Shown here piece after piece: positions 26,924 to 42,252 of a stretch of 64,000 nucleotides of DNA; within the stretch, counting starts at the first letter, position 1, and each line of letters opens with the position of its first letter. This DNA is from the human T2T-CHM13v2.0 reference genome, Homo sapiens. The translations under genes and the position numbers were made by a program. The notes beneath the pieces were generated by a model. That model was not told where the DNA came from and made no database searches. It worked only from the letters and a program-made list of their open reading frames with translations. The stretch lies in NCBI RefSeq assembly GCF_009914755.1, contig NC_060925.1; one strand, written 5' to 3'.

Positions 26924-27399
26924 AACAATTTTAAAAATGAATACAACTGCTCAACATATTTAAGACATAAAATAACATAATCTCATTTTAAAACAAACTT
27001 TCCTGGTGGGGTACCATGACATGGAAATGTTCATTGAGTATGGAAGTATCTCGTAAGAATAGAAGTCAACAAAAGCCACATAACTGAGAGACAAAATAGT
27101 TGACTACATGATAGACAAAACTGTCTGATTCCCAGGATCTTTGGCAGTATTTAATTAATCATGGGATCCTTGGGACAAAAATAAACAAAAATCTATAATG
27201 TCATGCTTAATTTTCGTAGTATGAACACCCCAATTCTGATATGTTGACTTGATCTCTAAAGAATAGGGCTTGATTTGATCCCTGTAGAATAAATAATTTA
27301 ATACCCGTACTTGGCTTATTTTATATCCCCAGAGTCCTTTGAATAAAGTGAAGCCTGGAGGATCTTAAATAAATGTAATTCAATACTTACTATGCATTT

Positions 27400-28620
27400 G
27401 TCCATTTAGCATTCCCCATACAGACTAGTTACTAATTACCAGGGTAATGGTGGACTAAAAAAAGAAAGCTATCCATACCTTGCAGGAATTACTCAACAAT
27501 AGCCCTGAGCTACAACTTTTTCATGAAGACAGTATTTAACATTGACTACCTTACAGAGTATCAGTTTTAAGGATCAGGTGGTACAGTTTTTAATCCAGAC
27601 ATGCTTGTATATGGATTCTAACATCTGTCTACGATTTTTCCTGTTTTTCAGTGGATAGTGGAAATATATATCCTTTGCATTGAAAGAAATTCCACATTTT
27701 TCCCTTGAAAATATTATAAGAACCATCAAACAGTAGTCATTAGAGCTTGGCTAACAAAATAATAAATGAAATGAATGCTATATTCCTCAGGATACTTCCA
27801 ATAGTAACCTCATCACAAAAGCCTTGAAAGATGCATGAGTGAAACCACTGTCATTCTCTTGTTGGACAATGCCATGGATAGGTGGGTCCAGTAGAACAGC
27901 AAAGGATTACTATGCACTGCACCAAATGTAATCTTCTTGTTAGAATAAATAAATACAGACCCTAGCCCCTGTTGTGCACATATTATTCTACCAGATGCTG
28001 TTTATATGCATATATGTAAAAAGAAACACACATACACATCTCCATCACTAAGGCCTACAGTTTCTTTGTACCCAATATTCTTGGAATATCAATAGCATAT
28101 TTGTATAATGTCTTAATCTTGTCCCATTTCTTAGTGAGAGTCATAGTAGTGGCTCCTAGGATATTGTGAACATTGCAATTCCTTCCTCAGGAAGTAAAAT
28201 TTTCTTTTGAGAAGAAACTACAATTATGCTCTTTGTAATGATAAAAACTAACTGCCTGGCTGTTAGACACAATAAAACCTATGTTACCCTTTATTAACTT
28301 ATCTCTGTCCATATACTTGGGCATGCTCATCAAAATTTCACCATCTAAAATAAGTGATATTTCTCGGGCTAGATTTACTCATGTCCTGAAAGCCTACATA
28401 AGTCTCATTAGCATGCCATCCTCCTTCCTAGTATATCTCCTGCTGCTGCATTACATGCCCTCTCTTAAACCAGATGTATAGCCCCATGGACTTTTTTTAT
28501 TAGTAGTAGCCGAGAAAAATGTATGTGGATATTAGATGACGGTGAGCATTTTGCTATTGCTGACCAAAATCAAAATACTTGAGCCTAATAGTCCCAGTAA
28601 GGGGAGACATGGAAAGAAAA
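27400..28620 (+). mobile_element. Highly decayed ERVL-class internal (protease/RT region) relic
   Basis: ttaccagggtaatggtggactaa...atccataccttgcaggaattactcaacaatagccctgagctaca resembles the ERVL protease region (consensus LLDTGSELT); no intact ORF. Confidence 0.45.
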
Positions 28621-29237
28621 TAATCATCTAAGATTTTTTCCCAAATGACCACATTGACATCTACTTTTAGTAATAGAGATGTAGGAAATTATGGGTTGTG
28701 AATATAGAGAGCAAGGAGAATTGGTTTTCTAAGTCAATTGCAAAGTAATTTTCTTAGATGAAGGAGTTATAGCATCCTGAGATAAGGCAGCATGCTGTTT
28801 CTAAGTTCAAGAAATGCTCAGTGAGACTTGCTGTTTTGCATGGAATTAGTTTTTTATATTTATTAATTTATTATGGGTCTTTGAATCTCTCTTTCCTATA
28901 CAATTCCCAAACTTTTACATATAAGGTCTGTAGAAAATATGAATTTATGATATTTTAATTCAGTGATCAGAATGAAAAACTTTGAGTTTTACTGTCAGCT
29001 ACTTCATTCCTGTTGCTCTGGAGGTAAATAGTATTTTTCTATATGTTTAGAAATTGTTATACTTGAGTCCATGCTTTCAACCAGTAAATTGGCATTTGAG
29101 CTTGTGACACTTTTAAAAGCCAGTTCAGAAATCTTAGAAGGAGCCACCTTATCATGCATCAAAATATATAATTGGCATAGAAGAAAAATAAGCAAAAAAT
29201 ACATACTTTAGGAAACATAAACAACATATGTAAATGC

Positions 29238-32200
29238 TGAGAGGTAGAGCAAGGTGGCAGAATAGAAACTCCACTGATTGTCCCCCATCCCCTGGAAGGA
29301 CACCAAGTTAACAAATATCTATACAGATAAAACACTTTCATAAGAACTAAAAATCAGGTACCTGCACAGCCATGGGAGATAGTTGGGGAGTGGGGAAAAG
29401 AATCAAGTGGGCTCTTCTGGTTCTAGATTCTAGGACTTGACTCTTGGACAGCATTCCTAGACCTGCTCTGGGCCAGAGGGGAGCCCACTGCCCTGAAGGA
29501 TGAGTCTCAGGCCAGGCAGCATTCATCACAGCTGACTTAAGAGCCCTTGGGCCTTAAGACAACATTGGTGCGTAGTCTGGCAGTACTCTTCATGGCCTGG
29601 GGTGGCAGTGGCTAAAGGATGAGGCTCCTCTGCCTTTGAAAATGGGAAGGAAGAGTGAAAAGGACTACATCTTGTGGCTTGAATGTCAGCTCAGTCACAA
29701 TACAATAGAACACCAGATAGACTTCTAAGGTTTTTGACTCTAGACCTGACTCCCAGACAGCAATTCTGTAGTCACCTGGGGCTTGAGGGAACTCATTGCC
29801 CTGAAGGAATGTCTCCAGGCCTAGCTGACTTTGACAGCTGCTGACTGTAGAGCCCCACGACCTTGAGAAAACATAGGCGTTAGCCGGGTAGTGGTTACAG
29901 CAAGCCTTGGGCAAGACCCAACACTGTGCTTGCTTCAGGTGTGACCCCAGAGCAGTCACAGTGGAGGTGGCTACGGGGGCTTTTGTGTAATTCCACCCCC
30001 AGCTTTAGGTGGCTCGGAACAGAGCAAGAGAGACTCTGTATGTTTGGGAGAAAGAAAGGGAAGAGAACAAGAGTATCTGCCTGGTAATCCAGATAATTCT
30101 TCTGAATCTTGTCCATGGCCATCAAACTGGTACGAACACAAGTCCACAAGAACCACAGTATTACTAGGCGTGGGGTGCCCCCTAAAGTAGATATAGCTTA
30201 GATCACAATACCCGAGTCTGTTCATACATATGCAGTCTTCACAAGAAGAGCAGCTACAAATAATACCAGACAGCAAAGTCTACAACAGATACCTAACTCT
30301 TCAATGCCTCAAACCTGAAAAACATATACTAGCATCAACATTCTCCTGGAAAATACGACCTCACCAAATGAACTAAATAAGCCACTGAGGATTAATCCTA
30401 GAGAAACAGAGGTATATGATCTTGCAGACAGACAATTCAAAATGGCTTTGTTGAAGAAACTCAAAGAAATTCAAAATAACACAGAGAAGAAATTCAGAAT
30501 TCTATCAGATAAATTTAACAAAGAGATTGAAATAATTAAAAAGTATCAAGCATAAATTCTGGAGCTGAAAAATACGAATGCATTGGAGTCCTTTAATAGC
30601 AGAATTTATCAAGCAGAAGAAAGATGTAGTGAGCTGGAAGGCAGGCTATTTTAAAATACACAGTCAGAGGAAACAAAAGAAAAAACAGTAAAGCAAACCT
30701 ACAGAATCTAGAAAATAGCCTCAAAAGGGAAAATCTAAGAGTTATTGGCCTTAAAGAGGACACAAAGAGTTAGAAGTACAAAATTTATACAAAGAGATAA
30801 TACATGAGAACATCTCAAACCTGTAGAAAGATATCAATATCCATGTATGAAAAGGTTATAGAACACCAAGAAGATTTAACTCAAAGAAGACTACCTCATG
30901 ACATTTAATAGTCAAACTCTCAAAGGTCAAAGATAGAGAAAGGATCCTAAAAGCAGCAACAAAAAAGAAAAAAATAACATATAATGGAACTCCAGTACAT
31001 TTGGCAAGATACTCTTCAGTGGAAACTGTGTAGGCCAGGAGAGAGTGGAATTACATATTTAAAGTGCAGAAGGAAAAAAAAATACCCAAAAAAATACCCT
31101 CGGATATCCAGGGAAAGTATCCTTTAAAAATGAGAAAGAAGTAAAGTTTTTTCCAGACAAACAAAAACTGAGAAATTTTATCAACACCAGACCTGTCCTA
31201 CAAAAAACGCTAAAAGTTGCACTTCAAATAGAAAGAAAAGGACATTGATGTGTAATAAATAATTATCTGAAGATACAAAACTCACTGGTAATACTAAGTA
31301 CACAGTAAAACACAAAATATTATATAAAACTGTAACTCTGGAGTGTAAACTACTTTTATCCTAAGTAGAAAGACTAAACAATGAACCAATCAAAATAATA
31401 AATACAACAAAATTTCAAGACATAGTCAGTACAATAAGATATAAAAAGAAGCAACAAAAATTAAAAACAGGCAGACAAATTTAAGGCATAGAGTTTTTAT
31501 TAGTTTTCTTTTTGCTTGTTTGTCTATTTGTTTATGTAAATAAAGTTATATTGTTATCAGGTAAAAATAATGGTTTATAAGATAGTATTTACAATCCTCA
31601 TGGTAACTTCAAACATAAGACATACAATGGACACACAGAAAATAAAAAGCAAGAAACTAAATCATATTACCAGAAAAAAAAGGAAAAAAAACATCTGCAC
31701 TAGAGGAAGATAGGAAGGGAACAAAGAAGGAAGAGAAAATCACAAAACAATCTGAAAACAAGTAACAAAATGACAGCAGTAAGTTATTGCTCATCAATAA
31801 CAACAGTGAACACAAATGGACTAAACTCTCCAATCAAAAGACATACATTGGCTAAATGGATAAAAACAACAGACCTATTGATCTGTTTTCTACAAGTAAC
31901 ACACTTCACTTGTAAAGACACACGTAGGCTGAAAATAAAGGGATGAAAAAAGATATTTCATGTACATAGAAACCAAAAATGATCAGAAGTTGCCATACTA
32001 ATATTAGTCAAAACAGTTTTCAAGACAAAAATCACCAAAAATGGCAAAGAAGGTCACTATATAATGATAAAGGGTCAACTCACCAAGAGGATATAACATT
32101 TTGAATATATATGCATCTAACACTGGAGCACCCAGATTTATAAAGGAAATATTATTACAGCTAAAAAGAGAGATAGGCCGTAATACAAAAATAGCTGGAG

Positions 32201-35200
32201 ACTGCACCCCACTTTCAGCATTGGGCAGATATTCCAGACAACAAAATCACCAAAGAAATAGTGGATGTAATCTGCACTCTAGACCAAATGAATCTAATAG
32301 ATATTTATAGAGCATTTCATCCAATGGCAGCAAAATGCAATCATTTTCCTCAGTACGTTGATTATTCTTTAAAGATAGAACACATGCTAGGTCACAAAAC
32401 AAGTCTTAAACCATTAAGAAAAATGGAAATAATATCAAGCATCTTCTCTGACAACAACGCAATAAAACTAGAAATTAATAACAAGAGGAATTTTGAAAAC
32501 TATACAGATACATGGAAATTAAACAGTATCTACCTCAATGACCAGTGGATCAATGAAGAAATTAAAAAGAAAATTGAAAAATATCTTGAAACAAATGATA
32601 ATGGAAGCATAACATACCAAAACTTATGGGGTACAGAAAAAGCAGTACTAAGAGGGCAATTGTATAGCTATACTTGCTGCATCAAAAAAGAGGAAAACCT
32701 TTAAATGAACGATCTAAAGATGTATTATAAAGAACTGGAGAACCAAGAGCAAACCAAACCCATCATTAATGTTAAATAGAAGAAAAAAACTAAGATCAGA
32801 AGACATCAAAAAGAAGATCAGAATAGAAATAAGTCAATTTGAAATGAAAAAATATAATGATCAATTAAACAAAAAGTTGGTTTCTGGAAAAGTTAGATAA
32901 AATTCACAAACCTTTAATCATACTAAGAAAAAAACATAAGATCCAAATAAACAAAATCGAAAATGAAAACGGGGTCATTACAACTGATATTGCAGAAATT
33001 CAAAGGATCATTAGTGGCCACTATATGCAACTATATGCTGATAAATTGGAAAATCTAGAAAACAAATGGACAAATACCTAGACACATAAAACCTACACAG
33101 ATTGAACCAGGAAGAAATCCAACAACTCAACAGACCAATAACAAGTGATGACATTGAAGCCATAATAAAAAGTCTCCCAGTAAAGAAAAGCTCAATACTT
33201 GATAGCTTCCCTGCTGAATTCTACCAAATGTTTAAAGAATTGATACTACTTCTATTTAAACTATTCCAAAAAAATAGAGGAAGAAGGAATGCTTCCAGAC
33301 TAATTCTACATGGCCGGCATTACCCTGATACCCAACTAGACAAACATGCATCAAAACAAGAAAACTATAGGTAAATATCTCTGATATACACTTATGCAAA
33401 AATTCTCAATAAAATACTAGCAAACCAAATTCTACAATACATTAGAAAGATTATTCATTATGACTAAGTAGGATTTATCCCCGAGGTGCAAGAATGGTTC
33501 AATATTTGTTAATCAATTAATTTGATACATCATATTAACAACATGTAAAATAACCATATAATCATTTCAATTGATGCTGAAGAAGCATTTGATAAAATTC
33601 AACATTCTTTCATGATTAAAAAAATTCCAAAATTCATGCAGAAAGAATATATCTCAATATATTAAAACCCATAGATGACAGAGCTACAGTTACTATCATA
33701 CTGTATGGGGAAAAACTGAAAGCCTTTCCTCTGAGATCTGGAACATGACAAGGATGCCCACCGTCACCACTGTTACTCAACACAGTACTGCAAGTTGTAG
33801 ATAGAGCAATCAAAAAAGAGAAAGATATAATGGGCATCTGAATTGGAAAGGAAGAAGTCAAATTATTTTTGTTTGCAGATAATATGATTCTGTATTTGGA
33901 AAAATGTAAAGAGTCCATCACAAGAAAACTATTAGAATTGATAAATTCAGTAAAGTTGCAGGAGACAAAATCAGCATACAAAAATCAGCAGCATTTCTAT
34001 ATGCCAACAGTGAGCAATTTGAAAAAGAAATTTCAAAATTGGTCCCATTTACAATAGCCACACATAAAATCAACTTCCTAGGAAATAACCCAAATAAGTC
34101 AAAGATTTCTATAATAAAAACTATAAGACATCAATGAAAGAAATCACCTAAAAATGAAAAATTATTTCACGTTCATGGATTGGAAGAATCAATATTCTTA
34201 AAATGTCCATACTACCCCAAACACTTTACAGATTTAATGCCATCCCTATCAAAATGCTCATGATGTTCCTCACAAAAATATTTTTGAAATCCTAAAATTT
34301 ATATGGAACCACAAAAGACTCAGAATACCCAAAACTATCCTAAACAAAATGAACAAAACTGGAGGAATCATTTTACCTGACTGCAAATTATACTACAGAG
34401 CTATAGTAACCCAAACATCATGATACTGGCATGAAAACAGACCCACAGACTAATGGAACAGAATAGAGTACCCAGAAACAAATCTACACACCTACAGTAA
34501 TATTGGTTTTGACAAAGCTAACAAGAATATACAGTGGGGAAAAAAGACAGCCTCTTTAATAAATAGTGCTGGGAAAACTGGATATCCATATGCAGAAGAA
34601 TGAAACTAGACCCCTGTCTCTCGCTATATACAAAAATCAAATCAAAATGAATTAAAGACTTGAAGACCTCAAGCTATGAAACTACTGCAAGAAACCATTT
34701 GGAAGTCTCCAGAACATTTGTTTGGGCAAAATTTTCTTTAGCAATTTTGCCACAAGCACAAGCAACCAAAGCAAAAATGGACATATGGGATCACATGAAG
34801 TAAACAACTTCTGCATATCACAGGACACAATCAACAACATGAAGAGAAAACCCAGAGAATGGGTTCAAAATTTTTGCAAACTATCTATCTGACAAGTAAT
34901 TAGTAACCAGAATATTCAAGGGCTCAAACAACTTTATAGAAAAAAAATCTAATAATCTGATAAAAAAGGGTGAAATATTTGAATAGACATTCCTCAAAAG
35001 AAGATCTACAAATGGCAAGCACGCATATGAAAAGGTGCTCAACATCATTGAGATCAGAGAAATGCAAATCAAAACTACAATGAGAGATCAACTCACCCAA
35101 TTAAAATGGCTTATACCCAAAAGACAGGAAGTAATAAGTGCTGGCGAGGCTATGAAGACAAGGGAATTGTTCTATACTGTCGGTGAGAAAGTAAATTAGA

Positions 35201-35962
35201 ACAATCACTATGGAGAACAGTTTAGGCATTCCAAAAAGAAAAAAAAAAGAAACAAAAAATGAAACTAAAATTTGAGCTACCATAGGATCCAGCAATCTCA
35301 CTGCTGGTTATAGACCCAAAAGAAAGGTAATCAGTGTATTGAAGAGATATCTGCACTCCTAGGTTTGTTGCAGCTGTGTTTACAATAGCTAAGATTTGGA
35401 ACATAACTGTCTATCAGGAGATGAATGAATAAAGAAAATGTGGTACATATACACAATGGAAAACTACTCAGTGATAAAGAATGAGATTCAGTCATTTGCA
35501 ACAACATGGATGCAACTGAAGATTATTATGTTAAATAAAATAAGCCAGGCACAGAAAGACAAAAATTCCATGTTCTCACTTATTTGTGGGATCTAAAAAT
35601 CAAAACAATTTAACTTATGGACATGGAAAATAGAAGTATGGTCACCAGAATCTGGGAAGAGTGGTGTGAGGGTTAGGGAATGTGGTGTTGGTTAATGGGT
35701 ACAAAATAATAGAAAGAATGAATAAGACTTACTATTTCGTAGCACAACAGGGTGACTATAGTCAATGATAACTTAATTGTATATTTTAAAATAAATTAAA
35801 TAGTATAATTGTTTGTAATTCAAAGGAGAAATGCTTGAGGTGATGGGATACCTCATTCTCCATTGTGTGCTTATTACACATTGTATGCTTGTATCAGAAC
35901 ATCTCATGTACCTCATAAATATATATACCTACTAAGTACCTACAAAAATAAAAAAATAAAAT
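29238..35962 (+). mobile_element. Near full-length decayed L1MA1/L1MA2 (~6.7 kb): 5'UTR, ORF1 (~30.3-31.25 kb), long spacer, ORF2 (~31.77-35.6 kb), 3'UTR
   Basis: 5' gagcaaggtggcagaatagaa; ORF2 fragments in track ([60 protein letters not shown]); 3'UTR agaaagaatgaataagacttactattt...agcacaacagggtgactatagtcaat; many stops and frameshifts. Confidence 0.92.
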
Positions 35963-36099
35963 ATAAGAAAGAATCTTCCCAAAAATATGTAAATGCCAAT
36001 AAACATGTGAAAATGCTTAATTTCATTAGTAATCATAAACATCCAAATTAAAACTTATACAATATTTTAAAAGTCTCACATTACAAGAAGTTAGAAGTA

Positions 36100-36663
36100 T
36101 GTTATATCCAGCCTCCAAGACGGTTCTTGGTGAGCCTTGCTTCCTGGAATTAATACTTTAGTTTAATGCCCTCTGAATTGCATCATGCTAGCCTGTATAT
36201 CAATATAATACAGCAGAAGTAATTTATGCCCTTTGAGACTAGGTTTTAAGTGACATTTCAGTTTCTGCTTTGCTTTCTGGGATTGTTCAGTCTGGGGAAA
36301 GCCAGCTGCCTGTCCTGCCATTCATGAGGACACTGAAGAGGCCCATGTGGACAGGAACTTGGCCACCAAGTTAACAGCCACCACCAATTTGCCTGCCATT
36401 GGCAAATGCACTGCTTGCCATTTTTCATTTTTCATCTTCCATGTGAATTAATCAACTTTGAAGCAGATCTTCTAAACCCTGTGAGGCTTTCATATGACTA
36501 TAGTGCCAGGTGATGTTTGCTTGTGACTTAATGAGCAACTCTGAGCCAGAACTGGCCAGATGAGAAGCTCCTTAATTCCTGACCCACAGAAAATGTGAGG
36601 GATGATAAATCACTATGGTTGTTTTAAGTCACCAAGTTTTAGAGAAATTTTTCTCTAGTAATA
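36100..36663 (+). mobile_element. MLT1F-like MaLR LTR inserted in an L1ME fragment
   Basis: cagcctccaagacgg...tctggggaaagccagctgcc...gaggcccatgtgg...ctctgagccagaactggccag...aattcctgacccacagaaaatgtgag...gttgttttaagtcaccaagtttt. Confidence 0.8.
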
Positions 36664-36669
36664 TGTGAA

Positions 36670-37380
36670 ACAATAACCACTTTTACATATCTGCTTTGAA
36701 AGTATAAATTGGTAAAGATACTTTAGAAAAACCTGCTATTATTTAGTAAAGTTGAAAATATGCATACCATATTGCTTAGCAAATTCACTTATTCTCACAT
36801 ACTACAGTTTCATGTGAAAAAAAAATCTGCACCAGCCTTGGTTATAACAGCAAAATCAGTTATAATTCAAATGTCTAATAACAATAGAAAAATTGAAAAA
36901 ACAAAATGATATATAATTTTATAATAGATACTACATATCAATATGACTCTACCTATCATTAAAAATAAGCAATGCACACCTGAAATAAAATTTCCAGACC
37001 TCAGGAAGATATAATATAGTTTTATTTTATGTATCTCTCAGAAAGAGTGACAATGGACTATATTGTTTAGGATTGCACACATAAGTTGCAAAAATGTAAA
37101 GGAAAGTGAGAAAATGATTCTGTAAGAGTACATGATGATGATAATAATAATAATAGCTACATTTCTTTGTCAAGAAATACACAAGGAGGAAAAAGGAATT
37201 TATCGTTGAGAAGATGTGTGGTAGGGGTGGGGTTGTATCTGTTGTCGTGACAATTTTCTATCTGTTGAATTTGTTTGTGGTTACATAGATACATGGATGT
37301 TTATTTTATACTTGTTTACTAAATTATATGTGTCTATTCTATGCACGTTTTTATATTATGTTTTACAATATAAATTTACT
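36670..37380 (+). mobile_element. L1ME 3' fragment (continues the piece at ~35970-36095)
   Basis: gtataaattggtaaagatactttagaaaa...ttatttagtaaagttgaaaatatgcatacc...ggttacatagat...gatgtttattttata. Confidence 0.6.
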
Positions 37381-37384
37381 TAAT

Positions 37385-37600
37385 AAACACCATATAGCAC
37401 TTACAATGAACTAAAAAATATTCTGAAAAGTTTTATGATTATTAAGCTTTAATTTTCATAGCATTAATTTGTACTATAAAAAAGTACTTTTATTAGCCTA
37501 GTTTACAGATTATGAAACTGAGACACAATTTATCAAAAGTCATAAAGTCTTTCAGTGGCAGTTTGGCTCCATAGCCTGTGTACTTAGGAACTAGACTATT
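37385..37600 (-). mobile_element. MIR
   Basis: ttattagcctagtttacagattatgaaactgagacaca...cagtttggctccatagcctgtgtactta. Confidence 0.65.
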
Positions 37601-38663
37601 ATGTGTGTTTTATTCTTTGTTATTATTTAGCTAGTTGGTAGGTTTTTGGTGCTTGGTATGGTCTAAACAGAGAAGAGAGGAAAGGGACATTCTTTTGTGT
37701 GTGTGAGAACTGAACTGTGTCATTCAATCCTCCTATGCTTCAGTGGCAAAATGAAAGGTTTGGACAAAATAAGTAATTTCAAAATTCCACTATGTTGAGG
37801 GTCATGGAAGGCTGTAAGGAAGGCAGAAAAAGATGTAAATGCATGGTAGTACACAAGTTTAATAGAAGTACCACCTTTGTCTGTTTCATAGACGATACTG
37901 TTTTGTAAAATAATGAATGAACAAAGTCCATTAAACTTTGAAATATTAGAAAATGCAGGCATTTCTAAACGATACACAGTGACAAAGTTACTGTTTCACT
38001 GCTGCCTGGATAGCTTCCCTAAAACGTCTATCCACATGCATTTTGCCACCAGTCATCTTTAGGTCCTGATAACTTCTGATACAATTCTTATTTTTATCTT
38101 AATAAGATACATCTAGATACTGACCTTGTCTCTACAATTTGAGGGCAAATATCTTTAAAGGGGCAAGATCACCATAACACAGAGTAATTTTTATGCCAAA
38201 ATGTAACAAGGAGTAGAATTATAATATGTCTCCAAGTAAGTTTCAGAACGTTTGAAAAACCCAAGAAATAACAGCACATATAAAAATATAAACACAAATA
38301 GAATTTTATTTGTTTAGGAGAAACAAAGCCTTTTTGTTTATAAGCAATATTTTAATGCATGGCCAATTCAGGGGAAAGTAAAATTATGACTTGATAAAAT
38401 AACTCACAGTCTTAATACAAGCCAACTGCACTGAAGGCTTTATGTTTTACATAGATTTAATTGTAAAATAAATAAAAAATATTCAACCCCTATCACCGCT
38501 AAACCAAGAACAAATAAATGAAAGGAGATTCAAGTAAAAATCTCTGACAGCATAGAAAAAAGTGTTTTCTAGTAAAAATGGAACAATAGATACACGAATA
38601 AAATCATTTTTGTGTTTTTAAAATGTAGAGAGATATGGAATCCAGAGACTTTCCAATAATTGA

Positions 38664-39002
<339 letters not shown>

Positions 39003-40329
39003 CAGCTGAAAATTTTTTAATCCAACTAGAGACAAGACTGGGAGACTGAAAGCAAGGAAAGTAGTAAATAAAAATTTTTATATGTAATAATTAAAGAGAG
39101 ATATGATATACTCCCTTTGGCATTATATCCACTTTCTGAATAAAGGAAACTATTTGTAGTTTAAAAGAGGCTACTCTTACAGAAAAAATTGTCAGGAGTT
39201 CATATAGCAGAAATGTGCCTCGAAATGTCTTTTTATTGTGAACAGACCTAGTGATTAGTTGGTTTTAGGTAGCCAGCCCCTACGCATCTATCTGACCCAC
39301 AAATGTGTCAGGAAAACAAAAGTGGGCTTCCAGTTGGCCTCAACAAAACTATGGGAAAACTTCATCATGATATGCTTTTCTTAAAATATCTTGAACATAT
39401 GTTTCTAGAAGAAAGGGATTATTGACAGTCATCTGCCCCAGAATACATACAGATATGGGCATACATACATTGCCTTTCATTTAAATGATTTGAGATTATT
39501 TATTTTTATAAATCTGTAAGTTGTAGATAGAAAAGATGAATTAGATATGGACTAGAGTATATATTATTTGAAATCAAAAATAGTTTTCTCAATGAATGTA
39601 GAAATTTTCATTAACGTTATTGACCTGCAGTTTTCATAAATATTTTTCCAAGAAAGGGATGACCGATAACATCACTGTGTGTATGTATGTTATTATAAAT
39701 TTATAAAACTGGTGAGTCTGTAAATCACTGTGGAGTGGGGTCACTCAGGTAAAGTAATTCTACAAAACACTAAAAAAAAAGACTTTAACATCAGCATTCT
39801 TACCAATGAAATATAGTGATTTCTGAGTTTTCCAAATAAAAATAAGGAAAAGGTTTCTGTCGCAGACTTAATCAGCTGTTGTCAGCATTTTAAAGTGTCC
39901 TTTAAAAAATCATTTATTTTTAAATTTTGAATCAAGCAGCTTTTACTTTAACAAAATGAAAAAATATTTTTTGTCTAGATGCATGCATAATCACATTTTT
40001 ATTAAGGTTAATAAATTCAAAGAATAGATTATAGAATTCATTACTTGATTGAAAATGTTTCATGATTTTAGAGATTTCTGTAGACCTGTATAGTTCAGGA
40101 ACTTGACATTAAATGGTAAATAGAGTATTTGGAAATGTTATTTATTGCTCATGCTGATATTTGAATATCAATTCCTCATTCCTCTGATATTTAAGAGTCC
40201 TAGGTGTCTCTTTATGGGCCACAGACCAGGAAAATGAAGCAAGATAGATCTGTTATTTACAACCTTCTTAGTATAAACTCTGGTGAATTTCCCCTTGAAT
40301 GACTCATTTCAATTGCCTAATTCAGTCAC

Positions 40330-41350
40330 TTATTAATGTGGGCAACTCAGTTTACTGAGTTTGTATGTGCGTCAAATTCAGAAGACACAAATGTGATGAT
40401 TTCAGTTCTTGAGGTAAACACTATAGGGTAGTAAAATATTCATGTAAAATATTTTAACAGCATATGATAAGACTAAAAGAGACATATGTTAAAAGCTTTA
40501 TAGTATCACACAGGAGAGAAATACAAATTTTATGTAAAACATTTAGGGGAAATCCTCAAAAGTAGTCTCTTTAAAATTTTAATGGAAGAGTTAGATTTTA
40601 CTAGAGGCAAAATAAAGGACATTCCAGTTGGGTGGGATAAAAGTAAACAAATGCAAAAACACAAGTGGGAAGAAATAGGCCTGATAAATAAATTTATAGA
40701 AATTTGGTGTATCTGTGAGTCGGTTGTAAGAATTAGGTCTGAAAAGATCAGTTAGAGTCACATAATAAAGGGCCCTTTATATCAAAAATTAATAATTTTA
40801 ACAGGCTATTTTGAAATAGACATTATTGAAATATTGCATTTGTTGCAATAACACAACAGATTTACACTTTAAGAAGCTAAATCTGGCTACATAAAGACTT
40901 TGGGTTAACAGAGTTAAGAAACAAAGCCTGGAAGACCAAGTCTTTAGATAGAATATTATGAGAGTTTATGTCAGAGGTTGTGAGGGTGAAAAAAGAATGT
41001 AGAAACAAAATATTTTGCAGATATTGTTAAATGATTTGGTGATGGTATAAGAATGGGGAAAGAAAGCTAAAGAGTGTCTAATTTTGATCCTGGGTGACCA
41101 GGGATAAGGTAGTTGCATAGTAGATCTGAGAATTGAGACCGAGGACATCAGGATAGCTAAAAGAAGATGAATTCTGGCTTAAGTAGATTAATTTTGCTAT
41201 GCTTGTATGACTTCTTTGTGGCAAACATAATAAGAATACAAAACTTGATAAAAGGTAAATATATTACTTTATCAAGGGACAGTAAATAATTGAGAAGAGA
41301 TGCAATGAATCTGTAGTTCTGAGGAGCATCAAAATATAGTGATTAAAAAA
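40330..41350 (-). mobile_element. L2, degenerate
   Basis: Purine-rich antisense L2 motifs (cagatttacactttaagaagctaaatctggct, gatgaattctggcttaagtagattaattttgctatgcttg). Confidence 0.5.
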
Positions 41351-41357
41351 GAGGGGC

Positions 41358-42252
41358 AAATATTATTTTTATTCATAAATACTAAAATTTGGAAGCAAGC
41401 AAGATGACCTTCAATAAGTAAATGGATAAAGTGTGATACAGACACACAATGAATTATAATTCAGAAACAAAAATAAATGAACTATGAAGCTATGAAAAAT
41501 ACCTGGAAGAGGCCAGGCACAGTGGCTCATGCCTTTGTGAAGCCTAAGTGGGAGGATCTTTTGAGGTCAGGAGCTCGAGACCAGCCTGACCAACATGGTG
41601 AAACCCCATCTCCACTAAAAATACAAAAATTAGCCAGATGTGGTGGTGGGTCCCTGTAATCCCAGCTACTCGGGAGGCTGAGGCAGGAGAATCACTTGAA
41701 CCCAGGAGGCGGAAGTTGCAGTGAGCCGAGATGGCACACTGGACTCCAGCCTGGGTGACAGAGTGAGAGACTCTGTCTCAAAAAAAATAAAAATAAAAAT
41801 ACCTGGGGGAAACTTAGATGCATATTTACTAAGTAAAAGGAGCCAATCTGAACAGGCTTCATACTGTAAGATTCCAACTACATTACATTATAGAAATGCA
41901 AAACTACAGACACAGTAAAAAATCAATGGTTTCCAGGGCTTTAGGGGCAGGAAGAGATAAGTAGGTAGAGCACAGGAGATTTTTAGGGCAATGAAATATT
42001 CTGTATGGACTACAGTGATGTGTACATGTCATTACACATTTTTTCAAACTCATGGAATATATGAAGTAGAGTGGCCCTTAATGTAAACTATCAATTTTGT
42101 TTAATGATAGTGTATCAATTTTGGTTCATCACTTGTAATAAATATACCACATTACTTCAAGATTTTGATAATAGTACACACTAGGGGGAAGGGAAGTCAT
42201 ATGGAAACTGTAAATTTAAAACTTCTCTAAAACATAAAGTCAAATTAAAAAA
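41358..42252 (+). mobile_element. L1MC1/2-like 3' end, interrupted by an Alu
   Basis: aacttagatgcatatttactaagtaaaaggagccaatctgaacaggct...taggtagagcacaggagatttttagggcaatgaaa...cccttaatgtaaactat. Confidence 0.8.
41511..41794 (+). mobile_element. AluS (Sx/Sq-like) with small internal deletion, 16-bp TSD
   Basis: ggccaggcacagtggctcatgcc[deletion]tttgtgaag...; TSD aaaaatacctggaaga (41495-41510) / aaaaatacctggggga (41795-41810). Confidence 0.92.

Noticed and set aside
31770-35590. L1MA ORF2 as a functional RT gene
   Set aside because: Broken by many stops and frameshifts; catalytic FADD reads FADN.
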